From an uncultured Clostridia bacterium (GTDB lineage: Bacteria > Bacillota > Clostridia > Christensenellales > CAG-917), in assembly GCA_947165815.1 (NCBI GenBank), contig CAMVBZ010000003.1, positions 1-51,160 of the forward strand: 51,160 nt of DNA. The letters run 5' to 3'. Below are positions 29,281 to 39,529 of the stretch, piece after piece. Positions within the stretch are counted from its first letter, which is position 1; each line of letters opens with the position of its first letter. The translations under genes were made by a program, and so were the position numbers. The notes below the pieces were generated by a model. The model worked only from the letters and a program-made list of their open reading frames with translations, had not been told where the DNA came from and did no database searches.

Positions 29281-30464
29281 TATAATACTTCCATTTCATC
29301 TAATGCTTTTTGCATTAGTTCTTCTGCGTTTTCTATGTTCTTCTCTACTTTTTCTACGTAATCTAACTTTGGACGAATTGCTGGTTGCTTTGGAAGGAAT
29401 ATGGTACAACAATCTTCATATGGAAGAATGGATGTCTCAAATGTACCTATCTTTCTAGCAATTGCCATTATTTCTTCTTTGTCCATACCAATTAAAGGTC
29501 TAAATACAGGAGTTGTTGTAACTGCATTTGTACATGTAATACTTTGTACAGTTTGAGATGCAACTTGTCCTAAGGATTCTCCAGTTATAATTGCACCACA
29601 CTTTTCTCTCTTTGCAACTTCCGTAGCTATTCTCATCATGAATCTTCTCATAATGGTAATCATTAATTCAGCTGGACATTTTTCGTGTATTGCAACTTGA
29701 ATGTCTGTAAAGTTAACAACATACATCTTAATTGGTGTTGCATATTTAGAAACAATGTTTCTAAGTTCAACTACTTTTTCCTTTGCTTTCTCAGATGTGT
29801 ATGGAGGTGATGCAAAGTGTATTGCTATGAGTTTCATTCCTCTCTTTGCCATCATATATGTAGCAACTGGTGAGTCTATTCCACCAGAAATAAGAACTAA
29901 TCCTTTATCTGAACATCCAACAGGAAGTCCACCAGGTCCAGGAATAACACCACAATATACAAATGCTTTTCCGTTTTCTCTAATGTCTACAAAGAACTCA
30001 AAGTCATGATTATCTAAATCTACCTTGAAATTTGGTATTGCTCTTAAAATATCTCCAGCAACAAATGCAGCAATTTCAGCAGAGTTCATTTTTAACTTCT
30101 TGTCTGCTCTTTTAACAGTTACTCTAAAGCTTGGATCTTTTTTGTATGTGCTCTCTACTGTTTCTACTGCAAGTTGAACTAGTGCTTTTCTAATATCTGC
30201 ATAGTTTTCTTCTTCGTTTGTTGGAACCTTTTGTCCAATAGAAATAGAATAAACACCAAAGACTTTAATAATCTTGTCTACAAGTTCATCCTCTATTGCC
30301 AAATCATAGTTTTCTATGAAATATCTTCCTTGAGATTTTGTGAAGGTATAATTTAATCCTTCAAGAGAATCTTTTATATTGTGTATAAGTAAACTCTCAA
30401 AATAATCTCTGTTTTTTCCTTTTAGGAAAATTTCACCATATCTAATAATAATTACTCTTTCCAT
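29280..30464 (-). CDS. thiI: tRNA 4-thiouridine synthase ThiI (short form, no rhodanese domain)
   Basis: RYGEIFLKGKNR, SGGIDS, GESLGQVASQT and PYEDCC motifs. Confidence 0.96.
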   Translation of the reverse strand: MERVIIIRYGEIFLKGKNRDYFESLLIHNIKDSLEGLNYTFTKSQGRYFIENYDLAIEDELVDKIIKVFGVYSISIGQKVPTNEEENYADIRKALVQLAVETVESTYKKDPSFRVTVKRADKKLKMNSAEIAAFVAGDILRAIPNFKVDLDNHDFEFFVDIRENGKAFVYCGVIPGPGGLPVGCSDKGLVLISGGIDSPVATYMMAKRGMKLIAIHFASPPYTSEKAKEKVVELRNIVSKYATPIKMYVVNFTDIQVAIHEKCPAELMITIMRRFMMRIATEVAKREKCGAIITGESLGQVASQTVQSITCTNAVTTTPVFRPLIGMDKEEIMAIARKIGTFETSILPYEDCCTIFLPKQPAIRPKLDYVEKVEKNIENAEELMQKALDEMEVL

Positions 30465-30471
30465 CTATCTC

Positions 30472-31611
30472 CTATATTCTGCCAATTCTACATAGAGTTT
30501 CCCACTCTTTTTTGGCAGCTTCTACAACTTTTTCTATTTCATCTGGCATATTGAATTCAGATACGCTGAACCTTATAATGCCGTCTCTGTGGTCGTCATC
30601 AAGTTTTAATAATTTCTTGAACCTACTCTCATGATGAGAAGAACAAGCAGATCCAATTCCACATAAAATCCCATACTTTTCAAGTGTGTGTAAAAGTACT
30701 TCACCTCTAACCTTTGGGAATGCCACAGTTAATATATTTCCACATCCATTTTCAGGTGTAATAATCTTTAGATTATCTATGTTTTCAAGCAATTCTTTCT
30801 TCAATCTTTCTATATAAAAAGAAGTTTTGGATATGTTTGCTTCAAATCTATCATTATTTATCTCAACAGCCTTCTTAAATGCCATTACTAATGCAGTTGG
30901 CTCTGTTCCTGAACGATATCCCTTTTCTTGGCCACCACCAAATATGAGAGGTTTTACGCTTACACCTTTCTTTATGAATAATGCACCAATTCCTTTTGGA
31001 CCATGAATCTTGTGTCCAGATATGGAATAAAGGTCTACTCCTAAACTTCTTAAGTTTACAGGAATCTTTTCAAAGGCTTGTACACCATCTGAATGGAATA
31101 TGGCTTTAGGATTAACTCTTTTAACAATACGAACAAGTTTTGCGATATCGTTTACTGCACCAGTTTCATTGGATACATGCATTATGGATACTAATTCTGT
31201 TTGTGGTGTTACCAATTTTTCAAACTCTTCTATGTTAATAGAACCATCTGGATTAATTGGTGCAAATACAACATCATATCCAAGCTCTTGTAATTGCTTT
31301 GCTGAATTATTTATGGCATCATGTTCTCCACCACCAACAATAACTCTGCATCCTTTTTTCTTCTTTGTGCAGAATAACGCCGTATTGTCTGCCTCAGAAC
31401 CACCAGATAAGAAAATCAAATCTCCCTCTGGAGCATTAAGACTCTTCTTTATATATTCTCTTGCAGCATTAAGTTCTACAAAAACATCAACAGATGGCTT
31501 GTATAATGCAGATGGGTTAAAGTAGTTCTCTTCGTTGAACTTTCTTATCTCATCTAAACACTCCGAATATGCCTTCGTTGTGGCTGCATTGTCTAAATAA
31601 ATGTAATCCAT
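30472..31611 (-). CDS. Cysteine desulfurase, thiI-associated (NifZ/IscS2-like)
   Basis: YLDNAATT, HSDGVQ, SGHKIHGPKG and GSACSS motifs; directly upstream of thiI. Start moved to ATG 31611. Confidence 0.9.
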   Translation of the reverse strand: MDYIYLDNAATTKAYSECLDEIRKFNEENYFNPSALYKPSVDVFVELNAAREYIKKSLNAPEGDLIFLSGGSEADNTALFCTKKKKGCRVIVGGGEHDAINNSAKQLQELGYDVVFAPINPDGSINIEEFEKLVTPQTELVSIMHVSNETGAVNDIAKLVRIVKRVNPKAIFHSDGVQAFEKIPVNLRSLGVDLYSISGHKIHGPKGIGALFIKKGVSVKPLIFGGGQEKGYRSGTEPTALVMAFKKAVEINNDRFEANISKTSFYIERLKKELLENIDNLKIITPENGCGNILTVAFPKVRGEVLLHTLEKYGILCGIGSACSSHHESRFKKLLKLDDDHRDGIIRFSVSEFNMPDEIEKVVEAAKKEWETLCRIGRI

Positions 31612-31612
31612 T

Positions 31613-32113
31613 CTATATTCCTTTTCTTCCATTTATGTACATTTTTATTAGCGAGTCTAAATATGTGTCTGGTGAGAATAATAATCTCTTATTCTCATTC
31701 ATTTCTTTGAAAACTATTTGTTTTACGTTTGTTGCTTGTATATTAGGACAGGCAATTATGTCTCCCTTTTGAACAACATCCATAAATATTGAATAGTCCT
31801 CTATATCCTTTAACTCTAACATCAACATTCTACTTTGCTTTCTAACCATGTCTTCCTTGCTTATTACTAAACAAACATCGTCTATTGCATATGTAAATGC
31901 GAATGATCTTCTGTTATTTAAAACTATGAGTACAAATCCAGATGCAGCCAAAACTCCGAATCCTATGAACATTAATTTTGAAACATAGAATGCAGAAATT
32001 AAGAAACCTAGGGATAAAATCCCTAAAATAGTTCCAATTATACGCAATGAATTAGAATTGCGAGATGGATCTACTCTTTCTGTTTGGATGTAGTTTGGAT
32101 TTACCATACTCAT
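31613..32113 (-). CDS. Hypothetical membrane protein (2 N-terminal TM helices plus a soluble domain)
   Basis: 166 aa with two hydrophobic segments; ATGA overlap with the mutS2 stop. Confidence 0.75.
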   Translation of the reverse strand: MSMVNPNYIQTERVDPSRNSNSLRIIGTILGILSLGFLISAFYVSKLMFIGFGVLAASGFVLIVLNNRRSFAFTYAIDDVCLVISKEDMVRKQSRMLMLELKDIEDYSIFMDVVQKGDIIACPNIQATNVKQIVFKEMNENKRLLFSPDTYLDSLIKMYINGRKGI

Positions 32114-34176
32114 TTCTTTCCTTTTACTTTATAGAAGTCTCCTGCTTTCACTTTTGTATGAATCTTTCCAAGAGTTACTTCTGCATCTCCCTTTGGTGTG
32201 AGCTTTGTTAATACACCAACTTTGTCTAAAGATTTAACGTACACGTTATCTCCAACCTTTAAAGGTGTATTATCTATTTCTGTCTTAACTTCATTAACTG
32301 GTTCCTTTTCATATTCAGCAGCCATATTCTTGAGCTTAGACTTTAATGCCCATGCATCAAAGAGGTCCTTTTCTTTTATTTGAGGTTTTGAAAGTATTTC
32401 TTTTAATTGCTCTATGATTTCATCTGCTTCGTCAACAGACTTCTCTATAAGCTTCTTTGTCTCTTTTCTAATACTTTCATTTAGTTTTTCTTGTTTTGCT
32501 TTGAAAATCTGTTTTTCTTTTTCTGCATTTTCTCTCTCTATTGCAGCTTGCTCTCTATCTCCAATTGTATCTTGAAGAAGTTGTTCTGCTTTCTTTCTAG
32601 TTGCTTCAGCTGCAATTAAAACAGAGTCAAATTGCTTCTTTTCTTTAGAAAGTCTATTTCTAGCATCCTCTATAATCTCAGGATTCAATCCTAATTTGGA
32701 TGCAATATCTAATGCATTTGAAGAACCAATTGTGTTCATAACAAGCTTAAATGTTGGAGAAAGTGTCTTAATATCAAACTCCATAGATGCAGTAACTACT
32801 CCAGGAGTAATGAGTGCAAATTCTTTCAAATCATTAAAGTGTGATGTTACTAAAGAAACACAGTTTATCTTTAAGAGATAATTTACAATAGAAACAGCAA
32901 GTGCAGCACCTTCAGATGGATCTGTACCTGAACCCAATTCATCAAACAACACTAAGGATTTATCTGTAACCTTTGTGAATATATCACAAGTATTTACCAT
33001 ATGTGCTGAGAATGTGGATAAGGACTGCTCTATACTTTGCTCGTCTCCAATATCAGAGAAAACTCCATCAAACATAGAAATAGAAGATGTCTTAGCAGGA
33101 ACAAATAATCCAGATGCTGCCATCAATACAAATAAACCAACCATCTTAAGTGTTACAGTTTTTCCACCTGTGTTTGGTCCTGTTATTAAAAGCATTCTAT
33201 TACTATTCTTTCCAACTTCTAGAGATACTGGAACAACTTTCTTGGCTTTAATTAGTGGGTGTCTTCCTTCTCTAATGGATATTAATCCATTATCATTTAA
33301 GGATGGCTTATTTGCTTTCTGAGCGTGAGCAAGTTGTGCCTTAGCAAAGATAAGGTCTAAGTCCACAATATTTAAATACGTCCATTTGAGTTGCTCTACA
33401 AACGTTCTAACTCTATCTGTTAATCCTCTAAGAATTCTATCTATCTCTTTTTGTTCATCAAATTGTGCTTGTCTAAGGTCATTATTGAGTTCCACTACAA
33501 CTGTTGGTTCAATGTAAATTGTAGAACCAGATGCAGATTGGTCATGAACTAAACCATTGATTTGTCCCCTGTACTCATTCTTGACTGGAATTACATATCT
33601 ATCTTGTCTAACAGTTACGATACTATCTGAAAGCATCTTGGAATAAGTGTTGGAGTTGATATAACTTTGAAGTTTAACCTTAATGCTCTCGTTAATCTTT
33701 CTAATTCTTACACGAATTGATCTAAGTTCACTAGATGCATTATCTGATACCTCTGTCTCAGATAGGAAACTATTAGAAATAATATCTTCCACTTCTTTAT
33801 TGGCATAAAGATATGAAACTTTAGACATTAAAAGAGGTATATTTGGAACCTTTGTAATCTTTTCTATAATGTTTCTTGAAATTCTTAAACATCTTCCAAC
33901 TTCAATAAGTTCTGGAATAGATAAAGTTGCACCTTTTACAACTCTGCCTATTGCTTCGTTGATATCTACAACTTCAAAAGAAGGAGAAACTGAAATATCA
34001 AAAAGAACATGGTCTGCCTCAGCTGTATAATCTAACATACTTGTTGCTTCTGCTAAATCGTTTACAGGTCTGAGAGCAAGAGCTAGTTCCTTGCCACCTT
34101 TGGATTGTGCAAAAGTGGCTAGTTCTCCTAAAATTACATCATACTCTAATGTCTTTAATGACTTTTCATCAAACAT
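32110..34176 (-). CDS. mutS2: MutS2 family ATPase lacking the C-terminal Smr domain
   Basis: VHDQSASGST, GPNTGGKT, IGDEQSIEQSLSTFS, DELGSGTDP, a coiled coil and a KOW-like end (LKVGDNVYV); 688 aa. Confidence 0.93.
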   Translation of the reverse strand: MFDEKSLKTLEYDVILGELATFAQSKGGKELALALRPVNDLAEATSMLDYTAEADHVLFDISVSPSFEVVDINEAIGRVVKGATLSIPELIEVGRCLRISRNIIEKITKVPNIPLLMSKVSYLYANKEVEDIISNSFLSETEVSDNASSELRSIRVRIRKINESIKVKLQSYINSNTYSKMLSDSIVTVRQDRYVIPVKNEYRGQINGLVHDQSASGSTIYIEPTVVVELNNDLRQAQFDEQKEIDRILRGLTDRVRTFVEQLKWTYLNIVDLDLIFAKAQLAHAQKANKPSLNDNGLISIREGRHPLIKAKKVVPVSLEVGKNSNRMLLITGPNTGGKTVTLKMVGLFVLMAASGLFVPAKTSSISMFDGVFSDIGDEQSIEQSLSTFSAHMVNTCDIFTKVTDKSLVLFDELGSGTDPSEGAALAVSIVNYLLKINCVSLVTSHFNDLKEFALITPGVVTASMEFDIKTLSPTFKLVMNTIGSSNALDIASKLGLNPEIIEDARNRLSKEKKQFDSVLIAAEATRKKAEQLLQDTIGDREQAAIERENAEKEKQIFKAKQEKLNESIRKETKKLIEKSVDEADEIIEQLKEILSKPQIKEKDLFDAWALKSKLKNMAAEYEKEPVNEVKTEIDNTPLKVGDNVYVKSLDKVGVLTKLTPKGDAEVTLGKIHTKVKAGDFYKVKGKK

Positions 34177-34178
34177 AA

Positions 34179-36566
34179 TTATCCACGTATCTTAGCTTTG
34201 AATTTTCTACTTAATAATGAAAGTATCTTATCCATTGCTTCTTGTATTTCTTCGTCTTTGAGAGTTCTTTCATAAGAAATGAATACGAATGAAAGTGCTA
34301 TACTCTTCTTATCTTTACCAATCTTATCTCCTTCATAAACATCAAAGATGTTTGCTGAAGATAAATGTGGTATCTTACCATTCTTTATTGCATCTATCAT
34401 ATCTCCTGCAACAACTTTCTTATCTACAACAACAGCAAGGTCTCTTTCAATTGGAGGATACTTACTAATTGCTTCAAATTTTGTTACAGGATTAATGCAC
34501 TTGAATAATTCTTCGAGAGAAATTTCTGCAATATATAATCTTTGGTCATCTACACCATACTTTGCAGCTACATCTGGATGTACTTCACCTAATACACCAA
34601 TTTCTTTTCCACAAACTGAAATAGATGCACTTCTACCAATATGTAAGTAAGATACTTGTTTCTTTGCATAGGATGGAACTACACCAAATGCTCTACATAG
34701 ACCATCTAGATAACCCTTAAGTGTATAGAAATCTCCATCTCCATATGTTCCTATAACAAGTTTCTCTTCTTCCTTTGGAAGTTCTTTCATAGGAAGTTCT
34801 TTTGGAATATATACTTTTGCTATTTCAAAAAGCTTTGCTTTTTTGTTGAATCTAGAAATGTTAAATGCGAGTGTTTCAAGCATATTGTGTGCAAGAACAG
34901 TTCTCATTACAGATAAGTCTTCTCCAAGTGGGTTTATAATCTTTACAAGTTTTGTATCTGGATCTAAACCGAGCTTATCTACATACTTTGGAGATGTGAA
35001 TGAATATGTAATACTTTCACTTAATCCCATTTCAGCAAGTATATCTTTTGCATAGTCTACATTAGCAATCTTTGGAAGCTTTCCACCTTTTGTTAAAGGT
35101 GCATATGCAAACAATGTTGGTTTAACATGTTTGTATCCATAAACTCTAATGAATTCTTCTGCTATATCATTAACGCCATAAATATCTTCTCTGTCTTCTT
35201 TGATGTGTGCAGTAATTACGTTTCCATTCTCACTTGTTTCAATACCAAGCTTAGAAAGAATATTCAAAAGTGCACTCTTTGGAACATTGCAACCTAAAAT
35301 ATTCTTGATATCTTTTGTTGTGAATGAAATATCCTTAACTTTTTGATAATCAACTTTAACATCTATAATTCCAGAGGTAATATCTCCACTCTTACTCTCA
35401 TAAATGAGAGTTAATGCTCTCTTTAATCCTAATTCTTGAGAAGCAAAGTCTATGCCTTTTTCAAATCTTGCAGAACTATCTGATCTTAAATTTAATGCTC
35501 TAGATGTTCTTCTTACACTATCTCTAGCAAATTTAGCAGATTCAAATACAACAGCAGATGTGTCATCTTTAATTCCACTTTCTTCGCCACCCATAATTCC
35601 AGCAACTGCAACAGGCTTGTTTGCATCACAAATAACAAGCATATTTTCTGTTAAAACATTATCTTTTCCATCTAATGAAATAATATGCTCACCTTGTTTT
35701 GCTTTTCTTACAACAATCTTCTTTCCACCAAGTTCTCTTTCATCAAATGAGTGCATTGGTTGTCCAATTTCTGTTAAAACATAGTTTGTAATATCTACGA
35801 TATTATTAATTGGTCTAATACCAACTGCTCTTAAACGATGCTTAATAACTGGGTCGGATTCAAATATCTTAACGTTCTTTACACCAGCTGCCATGTATCT
35901 TGGGCAAAGGTCTGGATCTTTTACTTCAACAGATACTAAAGAAGAAATGTCTCCAACATTGTTACTAATCTCATAATTGATATGTGGATTCTTGCATTCT
36001 TTGTTTAAACAAACTGCAACTTCTCTAGCAAGTTTATAAATACTATTACAATCTGGTCTATTAGCTGTAATTGCTACGTCTAAGATGACATCATCTTGTC
36101 CTAATGCTCTAAGAGCATTCATTCCAAGTTCAGTACCTTCTGCAAATCTAAGAATGTCTCCTTTCTTTTGGCCATCTACTTCGTATTCAGAAAGACCAAC
36201 TTCCTCAAGTCCACAAAGCATACCTTCTGAAAGAACTCCTCTTAATTCACCAGATTTGATTACTTGTCCGTTTGCAAGTACTGCACCATCTAAAGATACA
36301 GCAACAACTTCTCCACCAACTACAGGAACGTTTGTAATTACTTGGATTGTCTTTGTTCCAATGTCTATTTGTGTAACTCTTAATCTATCTGCATTTGGAT
36401 GTTGCTCAACTTTGACGATTTTACCAACAACTACATTGTTTACTTTTTTATCTTGGTAGATAACTTCCTCAACTTCAAAACCAATTCCTACTAGTTTCTT
36501 AACAAGTTGATCTACGGAGCAATCTATATCTACATATTCTTTTAACCATGAAATAGGTGCTAACAT
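34179..36566 (-). CDS. pheT: Phenylalanine-tRNA ligase beta subunit
   Basis: HPNADRL, SEGMLC, ANRPD, RFEKG and KYPPIERDLA motifs. Confidence 0.98.
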   Translation of the reverse strand: MLAPISWLKEYVDIDCSVDQLVKKLVGIGFEVEEVIYQDKKVNNVVVGKIVKVEQHPNADRLRVTQIDIGTKTIQVITNVPVVGGEVVAVSLDGAVLANGQVIKSGELRGVLSEGMLCGLEEVGLSEYEVDGQKKGDILRFAEGTELGMNALRALGQDDVILDVAITANRPDCNSIYKLAREVAVCLNKECKNPHINYEISNNVGDISSLVSVEVKDPDLCPRYMAAGVKNVKIFESDPVIKHRLRAVGIRPINNIVDITNYVLTEIGQPMHSFDERELGGKKIVVRKAKQGEHIISLDGKDNVLTENMLVICDANKPVAVAGIMGGEESGIKDDTSAVVFESAKFARDSVRRTSRALNLRSDSSARFEKGIDFASQELGLKRALTLIYESKSGDITSGIIDVKVDYQKVKDISFTTKDIKNILGCNVPKSALLNILSKLGIETSENGNVITAHIKEDREDIYGVNDIAEEFIRVYGYKHVKPTLFAYAPLTKGGKLPKIANVDYAKDILAEMGLSESITYSFTSPKYVDKLGLDPDTKLVKIINPLGEDLSVMRTVLAHNMLETLAFNISRFNKKAKLFEIAKVYIPKELPMKELPKEEEKLVIGTYGDGDFYTLKGYLDGLCRAFGVVPSYAKKQVSYLHIGRSASISVCGKEIGVLGEVHPDVAAKYGVDDQRLYIAEISLEELFKCINPVTKFEAISKYPPIERDLAVVVDKKVVAGDMIDAIKNGKIPHLSSANIFDVYEGDKIGKDKKSIALSFVFISYERTLKDEEIQEAMDKILSLLSRKFKAKIRG

Positions 36567-36579
36567 CTTCGTCTACCTC

Positions 36580-37602
36580 CTATTTATCGAATTGTTTAAG
36601 GAAACGTACATCATTCTCATAGAAAAGTTTGATGTTTGGAATTCCATATTTAATCATTGCAATACGCTCTACACCAAGACCGAATGCAAATCCACTATAT
36701 TCTTTGCTATCTATACCACACATATCGAGAACGACTGGGTTAACTACACCAGCTCCAAGTATTTCTACCCAACCAGTATGTTTACATACTGAACAACCTT
36801 TACCATGACATACAGAACAGGTTACATCTACTTCTACAGATGGCTCTGTAAATGGGAAATATGATGGACGTAAACGAACTTTTGTGTCTTTAGAGAAAAC
36901 TTTCTCTGCAAATGCTTCTAAACATCCTTGTAAGTCTCCCATTGTAATGTGCTTATCTACAGCAAGTCCTTCAATTTGATGGAATATTGGGCTGTGAGAT
37001 ACGTCATCATCACTTCTATATACCTTACCAGGTATAATAACACGGATAGGTGGCTTTTGAGTTGTCATGATTCTTGCTTGCATTGAAGATGTTTGTGTAC
37101 GTAATACCATTTCATCTCCAACATAGAATGTGTCTTGCATTTCTCTTGCTGGATGATCCTTTGGAACATTTAATAATTGGAAATTGAATAAGTCTGTTTC
37201 AATCTCTGGTCCTTCATCTACAGTAAATCCCATCTCTAAGAATGTGTCTACTATCTCTTTCTTTGTCTTTGACAAAGGATGTAAGGTTCCAAATCCATTA
37301 AATGTGGATGGAAGTGTTACGTCTATGTCTTCAGCTAATAATCTTGCTTGCTTTTCTTGTTCAACAATAATAGTTGTCTTACTTTCGAGAGCAGATTCGA
37401 TTTCTCCTCTTACATCATTGAACATCTTACCTAAAATAGGTCTTTCTTCTTTTGATACATTTCCAAGTCCTCTCATTAAAAGAGTCATTTCTCCAGATTT
37501 TCCGAGATAACGTACTCTGATGTCATTGAGAGAGCTAGAATCATTTGCTTTAGAAATTGCTTCTAATGCTTCATTTTTCATTGCTTCTAATTTTTCTTTC
37601 AT
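36580..37602 (-). CDS. pheS: Phenylalanine-tRNA ligase alpha subunit
   Basis: HPAREMQDTFY, FHQIEG, RPSYFPFTEPS and GFAFGLGVER motifs. Start moved to ATG 37602 after GGAG. Confidence 0.98.
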   Translation of the reverse strand: MKEKLEAMKNEALEAISKANDSSSLNDIRVRYLGKSGEMTLLMRGLGNVSKEERPILGKMFNDVRGEIESALESKTTIIVEQEKQARLLAEDIDVTLPSTFNGFGTLHPLSKTKKEIVDTFLEMGFTVDEGPEIETDLFNFQLLNVPKDHPAREMQDTFYVGDEMVLRTQTSSMQARIMTTQKPPIRVIIPGKVYRSDDDVSHSPIFHQIEGLAVDKHITMGDLQGCLEAFAEKVFSKDTKVRLRPSYFPFTEPSVEVDVTCSVCHGKGCSVCKHTGWVEILGAGVVNPVVLDMCGIDSKEYSGFAFGLGVERIAMIKYGIPNIKLFYENDVRFLKQFDK

Positions 37603-37660
37603 TTTTTTCTCCATACGTGTATATGCGTAAATTTTTATTTTATATAAAAATAGTTGCTCC

Positions 37661-37689
37661 ACTTTATCACTTCAAGGCTAAATAGTCAA
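37661..37689 (-). promoter_or_regulatory. Sigma-A promoter of the pheST operon
   Basis: On the minus strand: TTGACT, 17 bp spacer, extended -10 TGaTAAAGT. Confidence 0.55.
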
Positions 37690-37819
37690 CAAAACAAATA
37701 ATGTTTTGTATCTTGCAGTAATCAAACAAAAACAAACAAAATGTATGTTAAAACGGCTATTTTTCAAGATTTTATTCTAAATTTTTGCATTTTTTAGAAT
37801 AGTTTTAATGGTTTAAAAT

Positions 37820-37856
37820 AAAAAATATGGCCAATTTATATAAAAACTGACCATAA
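37820..37856 (-). terminator. Terminator after iscU
   Basis: On the minus strand: ATGGTCAGTTT...AAATTGGCCAT stem (with G-U pairs) followed by a T run. Confidence 0.65.
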
Positions 37857-37891
37857 ATTTTTAAATGATTCTAATTAAGATTTTTACTCTT

Positions 37892-38326
37892 TTATACCAT
37901 ATGACAGCCTTCACAACCTATATCATCTGGGAATAAAGACTTATCATATTCTATTCCATTTTTATCATAATAGTCCTTAATTGCAGACTTCACTGCTTCT
38001 TCTGCTAGCACAGAACAATGTAGTTTATGTACAGGAAGGCCTCCTAAAGCGTCTACAACTTGTTTATTGGTTACTGCGAGTGCTTCTTCAATTGTCTTTC
38101 CTTTAATCATTTCTGTGGCCATTGAGGACGATGCAATAGCACTTCCACATCCAAATGTCTCAAATTTTATATCTTTTATGATATTATCCTCTATTTTTAG
38201 GTAAATTTTCATGATATCGCCACATTTTGCATTACCAACTTCACCTATTCCATCTGCATTTTCTATAGAACCTACATTTCTTGGGTTCATAAAATGATCC
38301 ATAACTGTTTCTGTATATAATGCCAT
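37892..38326 (-). CDS. iscU: Fe-S cluster scaffold IscU/NifU
   Basis: DHFMNPRNVG, CGD, FGCGSAIAS and KLHCSVLA motifs. Confidence 0.96.
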   Translation of the reverse strand: MALYTETVMDHFMNPRNVGSIENADGIGEVGNAKCGDIMKIYLKIEDNIIKDIKFETFGCGSAIASSSMATEMIKGKTIEEALAVTNKQVVDALGGLPVHKLHCSVLAEEAVKSAIKDYYDKNGIEYDKSLFPDDIGCEGCHMV

Positions 38327-38336
38327 AATTCACCTC

Positions 38337-39527
38337 TTATAACATAAATTGTCTTTCTCCAGACAATAATTCCTTCCAGACTGGAGACATTCTTCTTAAA
38401 TAACACACCACTTGTTCTACTTGTTCAATAATATAGTCTATTTCTTCTTCTGTATTAGATTCACTTAAACTAAGTCTTAAAGAACCATGCGCAACTTCAT
38501 GTGGTCTACCAATTGCTAATAAAACATGGCTTGGATCTAGAGATCCAGATGTACAAGCACTTCCAGAACTTGCACAAATACCTTTTGCATCTAAAAGCAA
38601 TAAAAGACTTTCTCCTTCAATTCCTTCAAAACAGAAATTAACATTGTTTGCAGAACGATTTGTACGTGGTCCATTTAATGCTGAATGGTCTATTTTAGAG
38701 AGTCCGTCTATTAATTTGTCCCTTAATATTATCATTTTATGATTATTTTCTTCTAAATGTTCATATGCATCTTCAATAGCAATACTTAATCCAACAATAC
38801 CAGGTATATTCTCAGTTCCGGCTCTTCTATTCTTTTCTTGAGCACCACCTTCTATTAAAGAAGATAAGAAAATGCCCTTTCTCACATATAATGCTCCAAC
38901 TCCTTTAGGACCATGGAATTTATGTGCGGATAAGGACAACATATCTATATTTTCGTCTTGTACATCTATTTTTAGGTGCCCAACAGCTTGTACAGCATCT
39001 GTATGGAATGTAACTCCTTTCTCTCTACAGACATTGCCAATCTCTTTAATTGGCATTATTGTACCGATTTCATTGTTGGCATACATTATTGTGACTAGAC
39101 AGGTATCATCTCTTATAGCGTCTTTTACTTGCTCTGGAGTAACAAATCCTTCATTGTCTACATCTAATAATTGTATATCAAAACCTTGTTTTTTAAGTTT
39201 ATTAAGTGTATGTAAAACTGCATGGTGTTCTACTTTAGTAGAAATTATGTGTTTTTTGCCTTTTTTTAATCCTATTTCAGCTGCACTTAATATTGCTTGG
39301 TTATCAGATTCTGAACCACCAGATGTAAAATATATCTCGCTTGGATTTGCGTTTAAACATCGTGCCACTTTTGCTCGTGCTTCTTCTAGCACTTCTTTTG
39401 CTCTTTGTCCTACAGAATGTAAACTAGATGGGTTACCATACTGTTCATACATATATGGTAGCATCCCATCTATTACTTTCTTGCTTGTCTGCGTTGTCGC
39501 AGCATTGTCTACATAAATTGTTCTCAT
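38337..39527 (-). CDS. iscS: Cysteine desulfurase IscS/NifS
   Basis: GNPSSLH, HTDAVQA, SAHKFHGPKG and SSGSACTSGSLDPSHVL motifs. Confidence 0.96.
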   Translation of the reverse strand: MRTIYVDNAATTQTSKKVIDGMLPYMYEQYGNPSSLHSVGQRAKEVLEEARAKVARCLNANPSEIYFTSGGSESDNQAILSAAEIGLKKGKKHIISTKVEHHAVLHTLNKLKKQGFDIQLLDVDNEGFVTPEQVKDAIRDDTCLVTIMYANNEIGTIMPIKEIGNVCREKGVTFHTDAVQAVGHLKIDVQDENIDMLSLSAHKFHGPKGVGALYVRKGIFLSSLIEGGAQEKNRRAGTENIPGIVGLSIAIEDAYEHLEENNHKMIILRDKLIDGLSKIDHSALNGPRTNRSANNVNFCFEGIEGESLLLLLDAKGICASSGSACTSGSLDPSHVLLAIGRPHEVAHGSLRLSLSESNTEEEIDYIIEQVEQVVCYLRRMSPVWKELLSGERQFML

Positions 39528-39529
39528 AA

